A stretch of DNA of 64,000 bases, taken from the NCBI GenBank assembly GCA_965200245.1, contig CBDATS010000002.1:54552-118551 (forward strand). Reading direction: 5' to 3'. Source of the stretch: a bacterium. Its GTDB lineage: Bacteria > UBA8248. Below, piece by piece: positions 37,401 through 47,607 of this stretch. The notes beneath the pieces were generated by a model. The model was not told where the DNA came from, did no database searches, and saw only the letters and a program-made list of their open reading frames with translations. The first letter of the stretch is position 1, and every line of letters begins with the position of its first letter. The translations under genes and the position numbers were made by a program.

Positions 37401-38156
37401 ATGAGCAGTTTTGAGGGTCAAAACGCCGTCGTTACGGGTGCGGCAACGGGAATCGGCGAGTCGACGGCGAGAATCCTGGCCCACAGGGGAGCGAAAGTAA
37501 CCGTGATGGATTTCAATGCGGAAGGTGCCGAGGCAGTGGCGGAATCCATCAACGAAAGCGGAGGTGCGGCCCACGCCGCCGTCGTCGATCTCACAGGCTG
37601 GGAGGCGACCCTCGCCACAGTGAACGAGGTGCATCGCCGGGCGGGCAGTATCGACGTTCTCGTGCACAGCGCCGGCGGCTTTCCGCAATACGTGAGCCTG
37701 CTCGACTGCCCCGTGGAAGCGTGGGACGGCGTAGTGGACTCGAACCTGAAGTCGATGTTCTATCTCTTGAAGGCCACGGCACCTTTGATGGTCGAAGCGA
37801 AATACGGGCGTTTCGTCACCCTCTCCAGCATGGCCGCGCGCAGCGGCGTGAACCCCAACCCGCCGCACTATACTGCTGCAAAGGCGGGCGTACTCGGACT
37901 GACCCGCCAGGCCGCGCGAGAACTCGGGCCTCACGGAATAACCGTGAATGCAGTCGCCCCCGCGAACGTGCGCACGCCCAGGACGCTTGCCATCAGAACA
38001 CCCGAACGCATCACACACATCGAGAAGTCATCCCCCGCGGGCAGACTCTCGGAACCCCACGAGATAGCCGAGGCCGTGGTTTTCCTTTGCAGCAGGGAGG
38101 CGGGCTACATCACAGGCGTCACGCTCGACGTGAACGGCGGCGCGACGATGGTTTGA
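37401..38156 (+). CDS. SDR-family oxidoreductase (FabG-like)
   Basis: TGAATGIG, NSAGG-like and YTAAKAG motifs. Confidence 0.85.
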   Translation: MSSFEGQNAVVTGAATGIGESTARILAHRGAKVTVMDFNAEGAEAVAESINESGGAAHAAVVDLTGWEATLATVNEVHRRAGSIDVLVHSAGGFPQYVSLLDCPVEAWDGVVDSNLKSMFYLLKATAPLMVEAKYGRFVTLSSMAARSGVNPNPPHYTAAKAGVLGLTRQAARELGPHGITVNAVAPANVRTPRTLAIRTPERITHIEKSSPAGRLSEPHEIAEAVVFLCSREAGYITGVTLDVNGGATMV

Positions 38157-38353
38157 TGGTTTAATCACAAAGGCTGTCCCATCACCCATACGGGTTTTGC
38201 TTCGAACTGGCGAACATCCCCGCTTCCACAAAAATAGTGACATGGTGGCCGAAACTGAGTGACTTGTTGCAGAAAATCCCGATAAATCCGATTATAATCT
38301 CATGTTGAATTAAACAGGTTTTGAAAGTTCTGCCGGGAAAGAGAAATCTGAAA

Positions 38354-38788
38354 ATGAACAAATCCAAGCTGTTACGTCTAGCGAACGTCATTGAGAAACA
38401 GCCTGTCAGTAACGGCAAGGAAGGTTTCGGAATGGATCGTGTCTATTATTTGGATTGGGGCGATGCACCCAGTTCCATACTAGGCTGGACACTCCATTTG
38501 GAAGGCTGTGATTTCGAGGACGATTTGGCTTACGAAGATATGTGGGACGAGAAAGCAGCAGGCATTCTGGAAATAAATGAACATGACGCGGAAAGGCTAT
38601 TTTGGCTTAAATTCAGCACCGATGGCTACAACTATCATTCACCTCGTCCGTCAAACTTCTTCATTACGCCGAAACATGCGGCCGAAACCATCCGTCATTT
38701 TGTCGAAACCGGCGAGGTCAACTGGCGAAAAGGCAAGGAACGCGAACAGAAGCGGAAAGAAAATGCCGCTATGGAAAAAACGATATGA
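38354..38788 (+). CDS. Hypothetical protein
   Basis: Start taken at MNKSKLLRLANVIEKQ; AT-rich; no motif recognised. Confidence 0.45.
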   Translation: MNKSKLLRLANVIEKQPVSNGKEGFGMDRVYYLDWGDAPSSILGWTLHLEGCDFEDDLAYEDMWDEKAAGILEINEHDAERLFWLKFSTDGYNYHSPRPSNFFITPKHAAETIRHFVETGEVNWRKGKEREQKRKENAAMEKTI

Positions 38789-39008
38789 TCAATGACGAGG
38801 AAAGGAAACCAATCAAAAGAGATGTTTCACGATCACCGGATTGACTTCGGCCCGGGCGATACAATGTGACCCGCTTCCCTGTATGGCCCATATCGACGAC
38901 GGAGTTCCAATCCAATGCAACCACGAATGAAGCGTTTTCGTTTTCGCCGCTGCTTTTTCCCTGAACCAGGTTCAGCACTGTCCAGTCAGAATCGTCGTTT
39001 CGCGCCAA
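38769..39008 (-). CDS. Hypothetical small protein
   Basis: TTG start with an AGGAGA RBS; beta-rich sequence; converges on and overlaps the previous gene by 20 nt. Confidence 0.3.
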   Translation of the reverse strand: MARNDDSDWTVLNLVQGKSSGENENASFVVALDWNSVVDMGHTGKRVTLYRPGRSQSGDRETSLLIGFLSSSLIISFFP

Positions 39009-39230
39009 TGCTTCCCTTCTCCTAGTATAGGCAAGGGATATATGGCTGTAACGTGAATTTCAATATCCCCGAGTCAGAAACCACCTGCGCCACAAGAGAA
39101 CCTGGCGACTATTTCACCTGCAGGGACCACATGCATGCGGCCTTTCCCCTCCAATAGCGGGTCGCATACAGGCGACCCCTACGGCTGGTCTTGTACTACA
39201 GCGGAATCGCCGGGAATTATGGTCGTATCA

Positions 39231-40130
39231 TTACGCGTTCCGGAGGGCTTGTTTCACGAGGGGCACGACCTTGGAGAAACTCTCGGCCACGAGGACGCCC
39301 GCCTCTTTCAGGAGCCTTTTCTTGCCCGATGGCGCGCCGCGGCCCCGCTCGATAAGTGCGCCCGTGTGGCTCACGCTCGCCGGCGTGGGCGAGGTTTCCC
39401 AGAACTCGCCGGGAATCATGGCCACCACGGGTTTCGTGAATCCGCCGGAGGCAATGAAGCGCGCAGCCTCTTCTTCTCTGTCCGTTCCGGGTTCCCCGAA
39501 CATGACGACGACGCGCGTCTCCGGATCCTGCTCGAACAGCGCCAGCATCTCGACGAAAGCGGAACCGATCAGCAAGTCACCGCCCAGGGCCACGTAGGTG
39601 CTCTGGCCGATTCCCGCCCGTGTCAGGAAAAGACATATCTCGGCCCCCATGCCCCCGCTTCGGCTCACCACTCCCACGGGTCCGGGGCGAAACATCAGGT
39701 CGGGCACCTCGCCCCCCGTACCGCCGAGTTTCGCCTTGCCGGGACTCACCATGCCCTGGCTATTGGGGCCGATGACGAAGGTTCCCATCTCCGTTGCGCG
39801 TGTCAGGAGTGCACAGGCATCGTGGTGCGGCACGCCTTCTGCGAGAATGTGCACGGTGGGAACGCCCGCCTCGATGGCCTCGAGAGCCGCCTCGCGCACG
39901 AAGCGCGCGGGCACGAATAGTACGGAAAGATCGGCCTCGTGTTCCTTCAAGGCGTTGGCCACGGTTCCGTAGACGGGTACGTCGCCCACCGACTCCCCTT
40001 CCTTGCCGGGAGATACGCCTGCCACCACGCGGGTGCCGTAGTCCGTCATGGTGGGCAAAAGGCGCCTCGCCTCGCCTCCCGTGGCCCCCTGTACAAGTAC
40101 GCGGGTATCCGAGTCCAGAAGTATGCTCAA
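39231..40130 (-). CDS. Succinyl-CoA synthetase alpha-subunit-like (CoA-binding) protein
   Basis: VLVQGATGG, GPNSQG, SRSGG and a phosphohistidine-loop-like SVSHTGALI. Confidence 0.8.
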   Translation of the reverse strand: MSILLDSDTRVLVQGATGGEARRLLPTMTDYGTRVVAGVSPGKEGESVGDVPVYGTVANALKEHEADLSVLFVPARFVREAALEAIEAGVPTVHILAEGVPHHDACALLTRATEMGTFVIGPNSQGMVSPGKAKLGGTGGEVPDLMFRPGPVGVVSRSGGMGAEICLFLTRAGIGQSTYVALGGDLLIGSAFVEMLALFEQDPETRVVVMFGEPGTDREEEAARFIASGGFTKPVVAMIPGEFWETSPTPASVSHTGALIERGRGAPSGKKRLLKEAGVLVAESFSKVVPLVKQALRNA

Positions 40131-41353
40131 CTTTCATCGCTCCCGTAAGCACGCGCTACGATCCGTTTGGCAAGGTCTTCAATGGACGCTTCATCCTCGT
40201 GCCATTCCACCCCCGGAACCTCGGCGATGAGCCGCCTGGCCTCCTCCACCCCGGGGCCTGCGTAGCGGACGATGACGGGGAATTTCTCGAAATCCAGTGC
40301 CGCTTCCTTGAGCGCGCGGACCACACCCGCCACCTTGATGTCCACCCGCGTGAAATTGCTCACGTTTCCCGCCAGGAGCAGCCCCCGGATACCGGGCTTC
40401 GAGAGCACCGCCTTCACCGCCTGGCGCATTTTCTCCTCGTAACGTCCGGGTGTGATGTCGAAAGTGGTGGCGGGTCTTCCGCCTTCGTCCAGCAGCGCTT
40501 CCAGGCTCGACAGGCCATACCCCCCGCCCGTGACCATGAAGCCGATGTCGCCGTCGAGTTCGCTGAAGCGAATCGCGCCCACGTGGGGGTCAATGGCGTC
40601 GATTTCGCGCATGCGCATCTCAAGCCCGGTGAAGGGCCGCCAACCGTTTCCGCCTTCGACGCCCAGCTTGGCTTCAAGTTCGGGGTGACGGAAGAGCGCC
40701 TGTGCGTCCAGCTGCACCACGCCCGCCGCCGCCAGAACGCGGCCGTCGGTAAGTTCCGCCAGGGGGTTCACCTCTATCATCTCGCAGTCATGGGCGCAGA
40801 AAACCCCGTACATCGCGCGCACGGCGCGGCAAACCTGCCCTGCGAGGTCGCCCGAAAGTCCCGCGCGCCTGGTCAACTCCATGGCGTCTTCGGCCTCCAG
40901 TCCCTCCAGGATATTTACGGGCCATTCGAGCAGCTTGTCGGGATGGTTCTCCGCCAGTTCCTCCACGTCCACGCCGCCTTCTGCACTGAAGAGGATGAGT
41001 GGGCATTTTCTCGGCGCATCGAAGGAAATCGAGCAGAATATCTCACGCGCGATGTCGAGCGCTTCCATGACGATGAGTTTCTTGACGGGAAAGCGCCGCA
41101 CCTCCATGCCGAGAATGGCATCTGCGTGCGCGCGGGCCTCATCCGCGGACGCGGCGAATTTGACCGCGCCGGCTTTTCCGCGCTTGCCGACGGGCACGAG
41201 CGCCTTGATGACGACGCGTCCCCCCAGACGCTCGAGAGCATGAGCGGTTTCTTCGGCGTCCGTACAAACCTCGAAGCGTGGAACGGGGAGGCCGCCTTCA
41301 CCCAGCAGCGTCAACGAGTCGTTTTCCAGAAGGCGAGACACGACATTCTCCAC
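40127..41353 (-). CDS. Succinyl-CoA synthetase beta-subunit-like (ATP-grasp) protein
   Basis: 408 aa with an ATP-grasp N-terminal half; 4-nt overlap with the alpha subunit gene; GTG start uncertain. Confidence 0.75.
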   Translation of the reverse strand: MENVVSRLLENDSLTLLGEGGLPVPRFEVCTDAEETAHALERLGGRVVIKALVPVGKRGKAGAVKFAASADEARAHADAILGMEVRRFPVKKLIVMEALDIAREIFCSISFDAPRKCPLILFSAEGGVDVEELAENHPDKLLEWPVNILEGLEAEDAMELTRRAGLSGDLAGQVCRAVRAMYGVFCAHDCEMIEVNPLAELTDGRVLAAAGVVQLDAQALFRHPELEAKLGVEGGNGWRPFTGLEMRMREIDAIDPHVGAIRFSELDGDIGFMVTGGGYGLSSLEALLDEGGRPATTFDITPGRYEEKMRQAVKAVLSKPGIRGLLLAGNVSNFTRVDIKVAGVVRALKEAALDFEKFPVIVRYAGPGVEEARRLIAEVPGVEWHEDEASIEDLAKRIVARAYGSDES

Positions 41354-41549
41354 ACGAAATGCGTTCGGCGCGTTATCGCGAGAAAACCTGCAAGATTTGC
41401 ACTAGCTAGCACCTGAACTTCCCAGCGTCAAGATTTGCGGAAAAAACGCGCGAATTCACCCGAACGCCCCTTGCCAAAGTATGTTCATGAGATAGAATTA
41501 TCTTAACGAGCACAACCAATTTTCTGCGATTTTCAACGGAGGAGAGTCT

Positions 41550-42548
41550 ATGCGCATTTACAAAAGATTGATCGCAGCAACGGCCGTTTTCGCCATGGTC
41601 GGCTTCGCCGCCTCACTGGCGAGCGCAGCCACCACCAACATCACCATCGTCGGCGCGGGCAAGGGCGCGGGTGCGTTCCGCATGGCGGCGGGCTTGGCCG
41701 AGGCAGTGAACAAGACGAGCAAGACCGTCAACGTCACCAACCGTGAATCGAAGGGCTTCGTCGCCAACACCCGCCTCGTTGCCAGCGGTCGTTCCGAAAT
41801 CGGAATGACGAACGGGATATTCGTCGACTTCATCCAGCGAAAGCAAAAACCCTTCGACAAGGGCAAGGCGATGAAAACCATCCGGGGAATCGGCCCTGTA
41901 TCGACTTCCTGGTTCCAGGTGACAACATTCCACAAGTCCGGCATCAAGACCTATTACGATCTCGCCGGCAAGCGGGTGAACATGGGGCCCCGAGGCAGTT
42001 CCACGCTGTTCATGATGAAGTTCATCACCGACAACCTCGGAATCACCGACAAGATCCGCAAGGACTACATGGGCTGGGCCCAAGCTGCCACCAACATGAT
42101 CGACGGCAAGCTCGACGCCTTCGGCATTCCGAACCCGGTGCCCTCGCCCTCGATTCTGCGTGCCTCACGCAGCGCCCCGCTCCGCATTCTGAGCATTCCC
42201 GACAAGGTGCGTGACAAGTTCGTCGCCCTGAGCGCGGGCTATTACAAGGACAACAAGGATGCCAGCCCCTATCAGGGCATGAAGGGCCAGAAGTTCAAGA
42301 CGGTCGCCTACACCATTTTCGCCGTAGCGAACGAGAAGGTGCCCAACGACGTCATATACGAGGTGACGCGGCGGGTATACGACAAGGCGAACCGCGACTT
42401 CCTGATCAACGTCTTCAAGGGCTGGAAGATCGGGCTGGACTTCGCCGCCAAGTCCGATGAGTTCATCAAGCAGATGGGCAACTTCAACATGAAGCTCCAT
42501 CCCGGCGCTGCGCGCTACTGGAAGACCAAGGGCTATAACGTAAACTAG
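41550..42548 (+). CDS. TAXI-family TRAP solute receptor
   Basis: Signal peptide plus a TAXI/NMT1-like body (TIVGAGKGAGAF, RVNMGPRGSST). Confidence 0.8.
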   Translation: MRIYKRLIAATAVFAMVGFAASLASAATTNITIVGAGKGAGAFRMAAGLAEAVNKTSKTVNVTNRESKGFVANTRLVASGRSEIGMTNGIFVDFIQRKQKPFDKGKAMKTIRGIGPVSTSWFQVTTFHKSGIKTYYDLAGKRVNMGPRGSSTLFMMKFITDNLGITDKIRKDYMGWAQAATNMIDGKLDAFGIPNPVPSPSILRASRSAPLRILSIPDKVRDKFVALSAGYYKDNKDASPYQGMKGQKFKTVAYTIFAVANEKVPNDVIYEVTRRVYDKANRDFLINVFKGWKIGLDFAAKSDEFIKQMGNFNMKLHPGAARYWKTKGYNVN

Positions 42549-42634
42549 AGGTTTCCCGGCATCCCCGGAGGGCACGAAACCCTCCGGGAGCCGGTGAAGC
42601 GCTTGTTATCGGTCTCTGGTGAGAAAGGGTGGCG

Positions 42635-45241
42635 ATGCGGAAGGTTTTTGATTTTCTCTGGGAATGGCTCCGGTTCATCTTCGCTCCGGAATCGGCCACC
42701 CGCAGGGACATCGAACCGGGCTTTCAGAAGGAAAACCTGCCCGTTTGCGTTTTTTTCTCCGGTCTTCTTCTCGTTTATATCCTTTTTCTGGCTGGCAGGA
42801 CATACAATCTCTACCTTCCCTACGAGATATCCTGGGACTGGCAGGAAGTCGAGTTTCCGGCTCTCGATGCTTGGCTATACGCTCTCATCTGGCTCTACGT
42901 CTCAGGTTTGTGCGTTCTGCCGAAAGCGACGACCCTGCTCTCCTCGTTCGTGTTCGCTTCCTATTTTCTATATGGCGCCGCGAACAAGGCACCTGTGGAT
43001 CTCGGGCTGGGCTTCGGCGAGGTCATCGTCTACGCCCTTTCCCCCTTTCTCACGGAAGGAATGGAAAAATCCCTCTCGGCGATATGGGAGACGTTTCACT
43101 TTCCGGGTCTGGCCATTTATGCGTTTCATTTCTATCTCCCCCTGTACGTTATCTTCACTGCCATCCTGACGTTCATCTTCTGTCCGGCGCGGGCGGGCGC
43201 TCCAATGCGTCGACCCTCTGTCGTGGACCTCATCCTGTGTGCAGGCGTGGTCATCTTCACGGTGGAATACATCATGAACTTCGCCGACCGGGGAGACCGG
43301 GCGGGTCTCGTCCTCTGGACGGACGTTGCCATGGGCACAATCGCCGTCATCGTATCGATAGAAATGTGTCGCCGGGTGCTGGGCTGGGTACTCCCGCTTT
43401 TGGGCCTCTTTTTCTTCTACTACGCCATGTACGGCAACCATTTTCCGGGGCGACTCCTGCACAAGGGGTTTTCCTACAACGAGGTCGTGAACTTCATATA
43501 CGGGACGTCCGGCATTTTCGGCGTCATCGCGAACGTCTATGCGAGCTATGTGTTCCTGTTCATCCTGTTCGGCGTCTTCCTGGAAAAAACGAAGGTCGGT
43601 GACGTGTTCATCGACCTCTCCTACGCCCTGGTGGGCCGTCTGCGCGGAGGCGCCGCCAAGGCGTCTGTCGTATCGAGTGGCATGGTGGGATCGGTGGTGG
43701 GAAGCGGGGCGGCGAACATCGTCATCACAGGCACCTTCACGATCCCGCTCATGAAGCGCGCGGGCTACAAGGCCCATTACGCAGGAGCTGTCGAGGCAGT
43801 CTCCTCCATCGGGGGACACCTGCTGCCGCCGATCATGGGCTCGGCGGCGTTCCTCGTGGCGGCGTTCACCGAGACGGATTACGGCTGGATTGCGCTCATA
43901 TCACTCGTGCCCGCATTGCTGTACTACTTCTCGGTCTACATGTCGGTACACTTTCGATCGGGGCTGGATGGCATCCACGGCCTCTCGAAAGAGGAATTAC
44001 CCGAACTTTTGCCACTTCTGAAAAAAGAGGGTTACCTGCTGCTGCCGGTGGTGCTGCTCATCTTCCGGCTCATCATCGGCCGTTCGCCCTTCGATGCGGC
44101 ACTCTGGTCCATCGTCCTGGCAATGGTTCTGGGATTCCTGCGCGAGGACACCCGCCTGCTGGCCCTGCCGCCGGTTCTCGCGCGTCTGGTGGGCAAGCCC
44201 GCGTGGAGCACCAGAAACGACAGACTCGAATTTGAGGCCGCAAAACACCACAAGAAACTCATGGAATCGGGCAAAAGCCTGGAAGATGCCGATGCAGAGG
44301 CGGAAGCCTATCTCGAAGCGGCGAAGGCCGAACCGTCCGGTAATCCGATCATGGAGAACTGGCCACTGCTCGCCGGGCTGGGGCTGTTCATCGTGCTCCC
44401 GGCGGCGGGGCATTCGTTCGCCGAGTCGATCTTCTGGTCGGTGCTCGCGGCAATTATCCTGTCTTCGCCCCGCGTTCTGGACGGACTGGAACGAGGCGCC
44501 GTCAACTCGCTCATCATCGGCGTGACGGCGGGCGTGATGGGCATCGTGCTCGCAGGCGTCTCCATGCCAGGTCTCGGCATCAAGTTCTCCTCCATCATCC
44601 TGGGCTACGCCTCCATCATCGACAACGCCTTCGGTATCACTGGAACAGCGCTCCCGGTGGCGATTCTGCTCTGCACTGTCGCCAGCTATATTATGGGCAT
44701 GGGCATGACGATCACAGCGAGCTACGTGCTGCTCTCGATCCTCGCCGTGCCCGCGCTGGTGGAACTCGGCGTTCCGCTCCTGAGCGCGCACCTGATGATC
44801 CTCTGGCTGAGTCAGGACGCCTCGCTCACGCCGCCCTTCGCGCTTGGCGCGTTCATCGCTGCGGGCGTGGCGGGGGCAGACCCGATGCGCACAGGTTTCG
44901 CCTCTCTCAAACTCGGCAAGGCGCTCTACATCGTCCCCTTCCTGATGGCATACACCCCGATCAACATGCCCCCCGGATCGGAGTGGTTCAACATCCTCGT
45001 CGTCTGGGTAACCGGATTCATGGGCTTTTTCTGCACCTCGGCGTCGCTCGAAGGTTACATGCGCAGAAAGCTCGAAATCTGGGAACGTGTCGTCTTTGCC
45101 GTGGCGGGCGGCCTGCTGTTCTTCTACATCCCGTGGATGAAGATAACAGGCGCCGTCATCATGGCCATCATGGTCGCCATCCAGTTCATGAGCGCGCAAG
45201 ACGGGGGCGGAGCCTCCGCAAGTCCCGCAGCCTCTTCGTAA
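42635..45241 (+). CDS. TRAP transporter fused permease (TAXI-associated)
   Basis: About 870 aa, highly hydrophobic fused small and large permease; ATG at 42635 (alternative GTG at 42629). Confidence 0.85.
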   Translation: MRKVFDFLWEWLRFIFAPESATRRDIEPGFQKENLPVCVFFSGLLLVYILFLAGRTYNLYLPYEISWDWQEVEFPALDAWLYALIWLYVSGLCVLPKATTLLSSFVFASYFLYGAANKAPVDLGLGFGEVIVYALSPFLTEGMEKSLSAIWETFHFPGLAIYAFHFYLPLYVIFTAILTFIFCPARAGAPMRRPSVVDLILCAGVVIFTVEYIMNFADRGDRAGLVLWTDVAMGTIAVIVSIEMCRRVLGWVLPLLGLFFFYYAMYGNHFPGRLLHKGFSYNEVVNFIYGTSGIFGVIANVYASYVFLFILFGVFLEKTKVGDVFIDLSYALVGRLRGGAAKASVVSSGMVGSVVGSGAANIVITGTFTIPLMKRAGYKAHYAGAVEAVSSIGGHLLPPIMGSAAFLVAAFTETDYGWIALISLVPALLYYFSVYMSVHFRSGLDGIHGLSKEELPELLPLLKKEGYLLLPVVLLIFRLIIGRSPFDAALWSIVLAMVLGFLREDTRLLALPPVLARLVGKPAWSTRNDRLEFEAAKHHKKLMESGKSLEDADAEAEAYLEAAKAEPSGNPIMENWPLLAGLGLFIVLPAAGHSFAESIFWSVLAAIILSSPRVLDGLERGAVNSLIIGVTAGVMGIVLAGVSMPGLGIKFSSIILGYASIIDNAFGITGTALPVAILLCTVASYIMGMGMTITASYVLLSILAVPALVELGVPLLSAHLMILWLSQDASLTPPFALGAFIAAGVAGADPMRTGFASLKLGKALYIVPFLMAYTPINMPPGSEWFNILVVWVTGFMGFFCTSASLEGYMRRKLEIWERVVFAVAGGLLFFYIPWMKITGAVIMAIMVAIQFMSAQDGGGASASPAASS

Positions 45242-45292
45242 CCGGAACCATCTTGAAGCTCTAAGGAGAGCCGGGGCTTCGTTCCGGCTGTT

Positions 45293-46231
45293 TCACTCCG
45301 GCAAGGAACGCGCAAGACACGCCCTTAGCGCCCCGCCGCAATAAGAGCGGGCGAAATCCTCACCGTGCGCGGCAGCGAGGCGTTCTGCGAAGTCCACTGT
45401 CCCCCAGACGCCCCGGAATTCATCGAAAAGGCGCCTGCCGTCGGGCGCCGGGCGGTTGATGCCCGCAAAATCGCTGCCGAGCACAACCTGTTGGGCGGCG
45501 ATTTCGGCCAGAAACTCGATTTCCTCGAGGTGGCGATCGAATGTCTCGTAGAACCCCGGGTGCGGTGCCAATCCGATGAGCGCGCCCGTTTCGAGGAGTC
45601 TCCTCGCCATATCGCGCGGAAGCCCCCGTTCGCCGAAGACGGGCAACAGTGGTTCGTCCAGATGCCCGTGGGAGTAATGCACCTCCTGACCCGTGACGAG
45701 GGCGAGATCGATCATGTCCGATTTCGTTCGGTGGTTCGCGTGCGCGCAATCAACCATAAGTCCCATCCGCCAGGCCTGCATCAGGAAAGCGCGGCCCAAG
45801 GGAGTGAGACCACGCACGGATCCTCCCATCGCTCCGCCACCCAAGGCATTGTCGTCGTTATACATGGGACCAATGCTCCGAACGCCCTCCTCCCACAACC
45901 ATTCGAGATATCTCAGATCGTCTTCCGTTTCGATGAAATAGATGCCCTCTGCATGTATCAACTGCCGTCCCACGCCTTCCAGGTCTCCCCTTTTGAGCAC
46001 GATGCCCAGGCCCTCCGCGGAACGAATCCGATCCAGATCGCGTCTCACCAGATCGAATTGCGCGTTCTGTGGCGCGCCTTCCAGCCGCTCAAGCGCCGAG
46101 AAAACCCCGCCCAGCTTTGCCGCCGTGGGGATGTCTATCTGATCTGCCAGATGAACGCGCTCCTCGGGCAAATCGACCATCCAGCGCAGATCGGTGTGAA
46201 AATCCCAGACGTCTTTCAGTTCAATCGGCAT
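45293..46231 (-). CDS. Membrane dipeptidase (peptidase M19 family)
   Basis: VDCAHANH, HYSHGH and GSDFAG metal-ligand-like motifs; start at MPIELKD with a GAGAGGA RBS. Confidence 0.7.
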   Translation of the reverse strand: MPIELKDVWDFHTDLRWMVDLPEERVHLADQIDIPTAAKLGGVFSALERLEGAPQNAQFDLVRRDLDRIRSAEGLGIVLKRGDLEGVGRQLIHAEGIYFIETEDDLRYLEWLWEEGVRSIGPMYNDDNALGGGAMGGSVRGLTPLGRAFLMQAWRMGLMVDCAHANHRTKSDMIDLALVTGQEVHYSHGHLDEPLLPVFGERGLPRDMARRLLETGALIGLAPHPGFYETFDRHLEEIEFLAEIAAQQVVLGSDFAGINRPAPDGRRLFDEFRGVWGTVDFAERLAAAHGEDFARSYCGGALRACLARSLPE

Positions 46232-46371
46232 CCGTGTCCTCTCCCGGAAACAGGGGCGAGCAATTTCCCCGAGCGAAAACGCCATCATAACACGCGGGAT
46301 CGGGGGTTCGCCTTTGCGCTGCGGAGCAAGCTCGCATAGGCTTGTCGCTTCGCTTTCAGGGAGGACGTTCC

Positions 46372-47163
46372 ATGTCGAAAAAACCGTTGATTCACATCGA
46401 GCGCGACGGCCCGCTTGCCACGCTCACGTTAAATCGCCCCGAAAAAAGGAACGCCATGAACTCGCAGATGATCCGGGAGGCGAAATCGGCTCTGGCCGAA
46501 CTCGAGACTGCGGATGATTTGCGGGTTCTCGTAATCGAGGGCGCGGGGAAATTCTTTTCCGCCGGGGCAGACGTGGTCGAGATGGGTTCGCTTACGGAGG
46601 ATACCGCGCGCGGTTTCATCTCGAATCTCCACTCTCTCATCCGCAACGTGCGGGAATTCCCGCATCCCGTGGTCTGCAAATGCCAAGGATACGTTCTGGG
46701 CGGTGCACTGGAACTGATGCTCGGCTGCGATCTCCGTGTCGCAGCTGACGATACGAAGTTCGGCATGCCCGAGGTGCGGGTGGGCGTTCCCTCCGTCATC
46801 GAGGCGGCGTTGTTCGTGCCCTTCTGCGGTTTGGGGGCCGCACAGCATATTCTGCTTACGGGCAGGACATTCGGCGCACACGAGGCGCATCGCCTGGGAA
46901 TCGTCCAGCGAATATGCGCGCCATCCGATCTGGAAGAGACGATACGGGGAACCATAGCGGAACTTCTTCAGGCCGCACCCGGCGCGCTCAGTGCCCAGAA
47001 GGCACTGATGAGAAAATGGATGCAGGCCTATATTGAAGCCGCCGTTGCGCCTTCCATCGACGCCTTCGAGGCATCTTTCCGAACCGGTGAACCGCAGGAG
47101 GGCATGGCCGCGGCACACGGGAAACGTCCCCCCGCCTGGGCGCCCGGCAAGAGGGGCAAGTAG
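46372..47163 (+). CDS. Enoyl-CoA hydratase/isomerase (crotonase) family protein
   Basis: LNRPEKRNAM, GAGKFFSAGADV and GGALELML motifs; GGAGGA RBS. Confidence 0.85.
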   Translation: MSKKPLIHIERDGPLATLTLNRPEKRNAMNSQMIREAKSALAELETADDLRVLVIEGAGKFFSAGADVVEMGSLTEDTARGFISNLHSLIRNVREFPHPVVCKCQGYVLGGALELMLGCDLRVAADDTKFGMPEVRVGVPSVIEAALFVPFCGLGAAQHILLTGRTFGAHEAHRLGIVQRICAPSDLEETIRGTIAELLQAAPGALSAQKALMRKWMQAYIEAAVAPSIDAFEASFRTGEPQEGMAAAHGKRPPAWAPGKRGK

Positions 47164-47262
47164 AATGCTCTCCCTCGCGGTGGCTTTCGCTGGTTTCATG
47201 TGGCATCTTCACTCATCTCGCCAGAACGAAACGGGAGAACCAAGATGCCGGAAAACGATGTG

Positions 47263-47565
47263 CCAATCTGATTCTCAGGCGGCTCAAGTGATTTTCCGAA
47301 AAAGATGTTCGGCGGCGTGTGCTTCCTGATCAACGGCAGCATGTACGTCGTCACATGGAAATACGCGTTCATCGTTCGACTCGGCAGTAAGAACCACGAG
47401 GCAACGCTGTTTGAATCCCACACGAAGCCTGCCGATATTACGGGTCGCGGGATGAAACGCTGGCACTGATTGAACCGGCGGGCATCGAGACTGAAGACGC
47501 CCTGAAATCCCGGGTGCGACGGGCAACAGGTTCGCGGGCTCGCTCCCTTCCAGGTGAGCGTTCCG
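47263..47565 (+). pseudogene. TfoX N-terminal-domain protein relic
   Basis: KKMFGGVCFLINGSMYVV...ITGRGMKRWH*, then ALIEPAGIETEDALKS in the next frame, then another shift. Confidence 0.55.
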
Positions 47566-47607
47566 CACGTACCACATTGGAATTCATTTATTCTAAAAGG
47601 ATGAGGG

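Noticed and set aside
39794-41416. 540-aa plus-strand ORF; similar long ORFs at 57995-59470, 35326-36303, 43997-45199 and 45365-46339
   Set aside because: These lie antisense to genes with clear family motifs (SucC-like, hydrolase, DctM, TRAP permease, dipeptidase). Their translations are Arg/Gly/His-rich low-complexity strings, typical of shadow ORFs in GC-rich DNA.
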